NCBI GenBank assembly: GCA_030754595.1
Contig: JASLZZ010000004.1
Location: forward strand, 1-30,540
Source of the DNA: Nitrospinota bacterium
GTDB taxonomy: Bacteria > UBA8248
Direction of reading: 5' to 3'
DNA length: 30,540 nt
Translations under genes and position numbers: made by a program
Shown here: positions 26,916 through 30,540 of the stretch, in pieces
How the letters are laid out: every line of letters starts with the position of its first letter
Numbering within the stretch: the first letter of the stretch is position 1
The notes under the pieces: generated by a model
What the model was told of the DNA's origin: nothing
The model's database searches: none
The model's input: the letters and a program-made list of their open reading frames with translations, nothing else

Positions 26916-27239
26916 AGGGCCCGTGAATTTCCATAAAAATCGAAAAAAGAGGCTGCCGCACGCGGCTCGCAGGTTAAAACCGCGGGCGAGCGCGGCCCGG
27001 CAGTCATTTATAAGCCGGTGTTCGTTGTGGCCTTCCGAACCGGTATCATCCTACTCAAAAGGGCGCGGACTATGCAATGAAAGCGCGAGGGTGTATTTCT
27101 ACTTCTTTTGGACGGTCGGGGTTCCGCTCGTGCCGCCCGGAAGTGGCTTTTCTTGCGGCGGCCCGAGCCGCTCTGTTAATAACAGGTCCTCCGGCGGAAG
27201 CGCCGGGTCCGGCCCATTCATACTTGGGGAACTCTTTCA

Positions 27240-28205
27240 TTGGACGTAATCCGGGGTGTCGATTCGATGCCCTCCGGGGACGGGCGCACCGTCCTGACCA
27301 TCGGGAATTTCGACGGCGTTCATCTGGCGCACCGCCACATTTGCCGCCTGATCAGGGAAGCCGCCGGCGAACGGGGCGGGCGGAGCGTGGTCCTCACCTT
27401 TGACCCCCATCCCCTCTCGATCGTCGCCCCCGAGCGGCGTCCTCCCTTGATGACGACGCTCGAGGAGAAACTGGCGCGCCTCGAGACCCAGGGCGTTGAC
27501 ATGGTCATTGTCCAACCGTTCACGGCCGAGTTGGCCGGGACAGAGGCCGGTGAGTTCGTGCGGTCCATCCTGCACGAGAAAATCCGCACCGGGCTCGTCT
27601 TCGTCGGCTTCAACTTTCATTTCGGGAAGGGTGCGGCCGGGAACGTTGCTCTCCTTCGGAGCGAGGGGGAGCGGATCGGGTTCGAGACGCGCGAGATCGA
27701 AGCGTTCTTGTCCGTGGGGCAGAGGGTGAGCAGCTCGGCCATCCGGAAACTCCTGCTCGCGGGGGAGGTCGAGGAGGCGACGCGCTTTCTCGGGGGTCAT
27801 CACGTGATCGAGGGGCCGGTTATCGAGGGAGACGGCCGGGGGCGGCGGATCGGGGTGCCCACGGCGAACGTCGAATATCCCCCCGTTCTTGTTCCGGCGA
27901 ATGGCGTCTATGCCTGCTGGGTCCGAATCGGCGGGCGGGCGGGCGCGCTGCTTCCGGCGGTAACGAACATCGGTGAGCGGCCCACCTTCGGGGGAAAAAA
28001 AATCACGGTCGAGGCCCACCTCCTCGAAGGCGGGCGGGACTTCTACGGAGAGCGGGTTCGCGTCGAATTCGTCTCGCGCCTCCGGGAGGAGAGAAAATTC
28101 TCCGGCCCCGACGAGCTTGTCCGGCAAATCCGCGCCGACATCGAGGTTGGAAAAAAACGCCTCGCCGAAACGCCTCAACCCGGCCCCGCCCAAACGCCCT
28201 CGTAG
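27240..28205 (+). CDS. ribF: Bifunctional riboflavin kinase/FAD synthetase
   Basis: IGNFDGVHLAH, TFDPHP, VSSSAIR, GRRIGVPTAN, NIGERPTF, EAHLL and LREERKF. Confidence 0.98.
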   Translation: MDVIRGVDSMPSGDGRTVLTIGNFDGVHLAHRHICRLIREAAGERGGRSVVLTFDPHPLSIVAPERRPPLMTTLEEKLARLETQGVDMVIVQPFTAELAGTEAGEFVRSILHEKIRTGLVFVGFNFHFGKGAAGNVALLRSEGERIGFETREIEAFLSVGQRVSSSAIRKLLLAGEVEEATRFLGGHHVIEGPVIEGDGRGRRIGVPTANVEYPPVLVPANGVYACWVRIGGRAGALLPAVTNIGERPTFGGKKITVEAHLLEGGRDFYGERVRVEFVSRLREERKFSGPDELVRQIRADIEVGKKRLAETPQPGPAQTPS

Positions 28206-28819
28206 AGGAAAAAAGCGGCGAAAGCGAGGAGCGCCGCTCCGCATCCCGCCTCGATGAGCCCCCACCACTCGGCTCTGAGCCCTTCGCCGCCCCGGTGCGC
28301 TGTCCAGGAGAGAAAAGTCCCCCAGCCCAGATCGCAGGCGAGGTGGAGGGCAACCATGCCGAAGATGATCGCCCCCGGCGAGATCGCCCGCTCCTCGGAC
28401 GAAAACCCCTGGGCGCGGGCGATGAGCCCGGTTCCCACCGTCAGCCACCAAAGCATCCAATAGGGATTGAAGGCCGTCATGGCCGCGCCCTCGAGCACAA
28501 GGCCCCTCTGGCCCGCGGGGGCGGTCTCTCCGCCGCCGCCCCGCCGCATGATCAGGTTCACACCCATCCAGAGCAGCACCGCGCCGCCCGCGATCGAAGT
28601 GCCCCGGTAAACGTCGGGCGACTCGAGGAAAGGCCCCAGCCCCGCCACCAAGGCGAGTATGAGCGGCGTCTCGGCGATGGCGTGGCCGATGTTGATCCAC
28701 AGGCCGGCCAGCGAGTCCCGGCGGCCCCGGGCGAGGGTGAGGGCGGTGATGGGGCCCGGGGCCATCACCCCCGACAGCGAGATCGCGGCCACCATCCCGT
28801 AGAAGGCGAGAAGCGCCAC
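28175..28819 (-). CDS. LysE/RhtB-family translocator
   Basis: SGVMAPGP, GHAIAE, GGAVLLWMG and NPYWMLWW; six hydrophobic segments. Confidence 0.9.
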   Translation of the reverse strand: MALLAFYGMVAAISLSGVMAPGPITALTLARGRRDSLAGLWINIGHAIAETPLILALVAGLGPFLESPDVYRGTSIAGGAVLLWMGVNLIMRRGGGGETAPAGQRGLVLEGAAMTAFNPYWMLWWLTVGTGLIARAQGFSSEERAISPGAIIFGMVALHLACDLGWGTFLSWTAHRGGEGLRAEWWGLIEAGCGAALLAFAAFFLYEGVWAGPG

Positions 28820-28826
28820 CGGTCGG

Positions 28827-29093
28827 TTAGCCGCCCCGCCGGGCGTTTTTGAGCAGCCGCCTCAACCTTCGAATGTCGGCGCGGTATTTGAACGCTTTCT
28901 CGCTCCCGACAAATCCCACCGGGACCTCCTCGCCGAAGCGCTCGGCCAGGGCGGGATCCGAGTCCACGTCAATCTCCTCGATTTCGATCTCTCCGAGCCG
29001 GGCGCGAATCTCGGCCTTTGCCTCATCGCAAAGGTGGCAATCCACACGGGTGTAGATAATCAGTTTGTCCGGAGATAAATTGGAATGAGACAT
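28827..29093 (-). CDS. Glutaredoxin-like protein (DUF836 type)
   Basis: YTRVDCHLCDEAK (CxxC) and EEIDVDSDP.L.ERFGEEVPV. Confidence 0.9.
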   Translation of the reverse strand: MSHSNLSPDKLIIYTRVDCHLCDEAKAEIRARLGEIEIEEIDVDSDPALAERFGEEVPVGFVGSEKAFKYRADIRRLRRLLKNARRGG

Positions 29094-29141
29094 TTCTCGC
29101 CCGGGGGTGAGTGTTCTGAAAAAAGAATCCGTCCGGCTACC

Positions 29142-29170
29142 TTGACATTATAGGCCGGGCTTCCTATATA
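29142..29170 (+). promoter_or_regulatory. sigma70 promoter of tRNA-Leu
   Basis: TTGACA-N17-TATATA, 10 bp upstream of the tRNA. Confidence 0.8.
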
Positions 29171-29180
29171 CGCTTCCTGT

Positions 29181-29267
29181 GCCCGAGTGGCGGAACTGGT
29201 AGACGCGCTAGATTCAGGTTCTAGTGTGCTTCGGCATGTGGAGGTTCAAATCCTCTCTCGGGCACCA
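29181..29267 (+). tRNA. tRNA-Leu(CAG)
   Basis: Acceptor stem GCCCGAG/CTCGGGC; anticodon arm CTAGA-TTCAGGT-TCTAG; long variable arm; T-loop TTCAAAT; discriminator A and encoded CCA. Confidence 0.98.
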
Positions 29268-29490
29268 TTTAAATTCAAAAGGTTAGAGGGAGAACGCGAA
29301 TTTCGTGAACCCCGCTTTTTCTGGTCGCGTCTGTTTTTAGGTTTGTTTTGTGGGTTTTTGCTAAGTACTTTTCTTCCCCGCGGCAAGCTGTTTTGGGGTA
29401 AGATGAGCGTGCCTCTGAGTGGTTTCGACTGAGGCGTGACCTAAAACTTGAAGGCGTCTCATAGATGCCGAGTGAAAAGGGGCGCGGGTT

Positions 29491-29691
29491 ATGTGCATGT
29501 ACTATCCGGGTCAACACAACCAATACCTCGAAGAGCAGGCGCGGCGGCATCGTCATGTCCTCGATCTCTGCCCGGAGCGGACGCCTCTGGCCGAGAGGCT
29601 TAGGCAGGCGGGCGAACAGATCGGCGCCGGGGCCAAACGCCTCCGGGAAGCAGGGGCCAGAGCCGCCGCCTCGGTTGCGGCGCTCCTCTAA
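29491..29691 (+). CDS. Small hypothetical protein
   Basis: 64-66 aa ORF with host-like GC3, a purine-rich AAAAGGGG upstream and a GC hairpin downstream; no family recognised. Confidence 0.45.
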   Translation: MCMYYPGQHNQYLEEQARRHRHVLDLCPERTPLAERLRQAGEQIGAGAKRLREAGARAAASVAALL

Positions 29692-29900
29692 CCGGAATCC
29701 GCGCTTCAGGGCGGAGAGGGTGGTGGCGGTCCGAGCCTCCCGCTAAGTTCGTTTTGCTCGTTTGTGTGCCTCCCCGGTCAAACCGGCCTCATTTCATAAT
29801 CCCTTAAGGCCGTGTTTTTGATCTGTCCTTCTTCAGAAATTCCTTTCCGCTTGATTCGCGATTCGCCATGCTAGGGTCCGCTACCCATTTGCGCCGCCGG

Positions 29901-29909
29901 TGCTATAAT
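29901..29909 (+). promoter_or_regulatory. Extended -10 promoter element
   Basis: TG-c-TATAAT, 33 bp upstream of the ATG at 29943. Confidence 0.6.
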
Positions 29910-29942
29910 CGGGAAATCATTATCCTGTGCGAGGGTTCTCCC

Positions 29943-30101
29943 ATGGCCGAAAATTACGAGGTTCTTGAGAGCTACAAGAGGTTTAATCAAAAAAATACGG
30001 CATCAAGACGCTGCGAGTGGGACTCCGCTCTCAATCACATCTCGACCAGCAATAAAGCGGCCATCAAAAAGCATATCGAAAAAGGGCACAAGGGCTTCTG
30101 A
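29943..30101 (+). pseudogene. 5' fragment of a gene interrupted by the IS element (possibly reductive-dehalogenase-like)
   Basis: ATG with a GAGG RBS and an upstream promoter; the stop codon is the first three bases (TGA) of the IS left end. Confidence 0.6.
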
Positions 30102-30540
30102 TCTTCCCCCTCAAAACCGGTCCATGCTGGATGGGAGTATTTTCGGTATTCTTTCTGTGTGACCGCCCAATCCGGGGGGATTCAGATGAGCAAGAAGCGT
30201 CATACACCTGAGCAGATCATATCCAAGCTGAGAGAAGCAGAAGTTCTTCTTTCCCAGGGCCAGAGCGTGCCTGTGGCCTGCAAGCGCACCGAGGTTTCAG
30301 AGCAGAATTGCGGGATGAACTCTTGAATCTGGAGGGATTCGATACGCTAGATGAAGCAAAGGTGCTGGTGGAGCGCTGGCGGCATATCTACAACAGAATC
30401 AGGCCGCACAGCTCGCTAGGCTATCGGCCTCCAGCTCCTGAAATAAAAGAACCATGGCCTCCGGGCTTCGCTCCGCTTCGCCCTTCGTCCATGGTTCCAG
30501 GACTCTCGTAGCTAGTGGTACAACTATTGGGGGGAGGTCA
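30099..30540 (+). mobile_element. Internally deleted IS3-family (IS407-like) element, 442 bp
   Basis: Left end TGATCTTCCCCC; right end reverse complement TGACCTCCCCCC; contains the orfA start and orfB end only. Confidence 0.9.
30186..30511 (+). pseudogene. IS3-family transposase remnant (orfA N-terminus fused out of frame to orfB C-terminus)
   Basis: MSKKRHTPEQIISKLREAEVLLSQG...SEQ is joined at about 30307 to LRDELLN.E.F.TL.EAKVLVERWR..YN..RPHSSLGYRPP. Confidence 0.9.

Noticed and set aside
29181..29267. tRNA-Sec or opal suppressor (TCA in the anticodon loop), and ORF 29187-29432
   Set aside because: The loop register gives anticodon CAG with a 7-bp acceptor stem and Leu identity; the ORF merely overlaps the tRNA.
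29703..29730. FMN riboswitch-like CTTCAGGGCGG
   Set aside because: The following GGTGAAATTCCC and other conserved blocks are absent; no FMN element is seen upstream of ribF either.
1..30540. CRISPR array, prophage, integron or defence system
   Set aside because: No regularly spaced repeats, and no cas, phage, integrase or defence-like ORFs were recognised.

Overview
Mostly core-genome window from a high-GC diderm bacterium; the gene order resembles deltaproteobacterial/Nitrospinota-like lineages (inference). The + strand carries recA-recX-def-fmt-rsmB-[kinase-less PASTA protein]-rpe, then ffh-rpsP-rimM-trmD-[SPOUT methyltransferase]-rplS, an inserted opposite-strand alpha/beta hydrolase, and rnhB-yraN. 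A long - strand run follows: tolC-like, yqgF, mltG, a 650-aa pseudo-receiver/acidic-linker/C-terminal-helix protein, valS, birA, coaX, an ExeA-like ATPase, an HD-GYP protein and a DUF3108-like protein. The window ends with ribF, a LysE-family gene, a glutaredoxin-like gene, tRNA-Leu(CAG) and a short accessory tail. The most interesting items are (1) the RomR/PopZ-like candidate polar scaffold just upstream of valS, (2) a one-base frameshift near the 3' end of the HD-GYP gene, (3) a 442-bp internally deleted IS3-family element that truncates a possible reductive-dehalogenase-like ORF, and (4) a candidate GATCA-N8-TGATC operator at the recA promoter. No CRISPR array, prophage or defence island was seen. 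All family calls come from reading motifs by eye, not from database searches.
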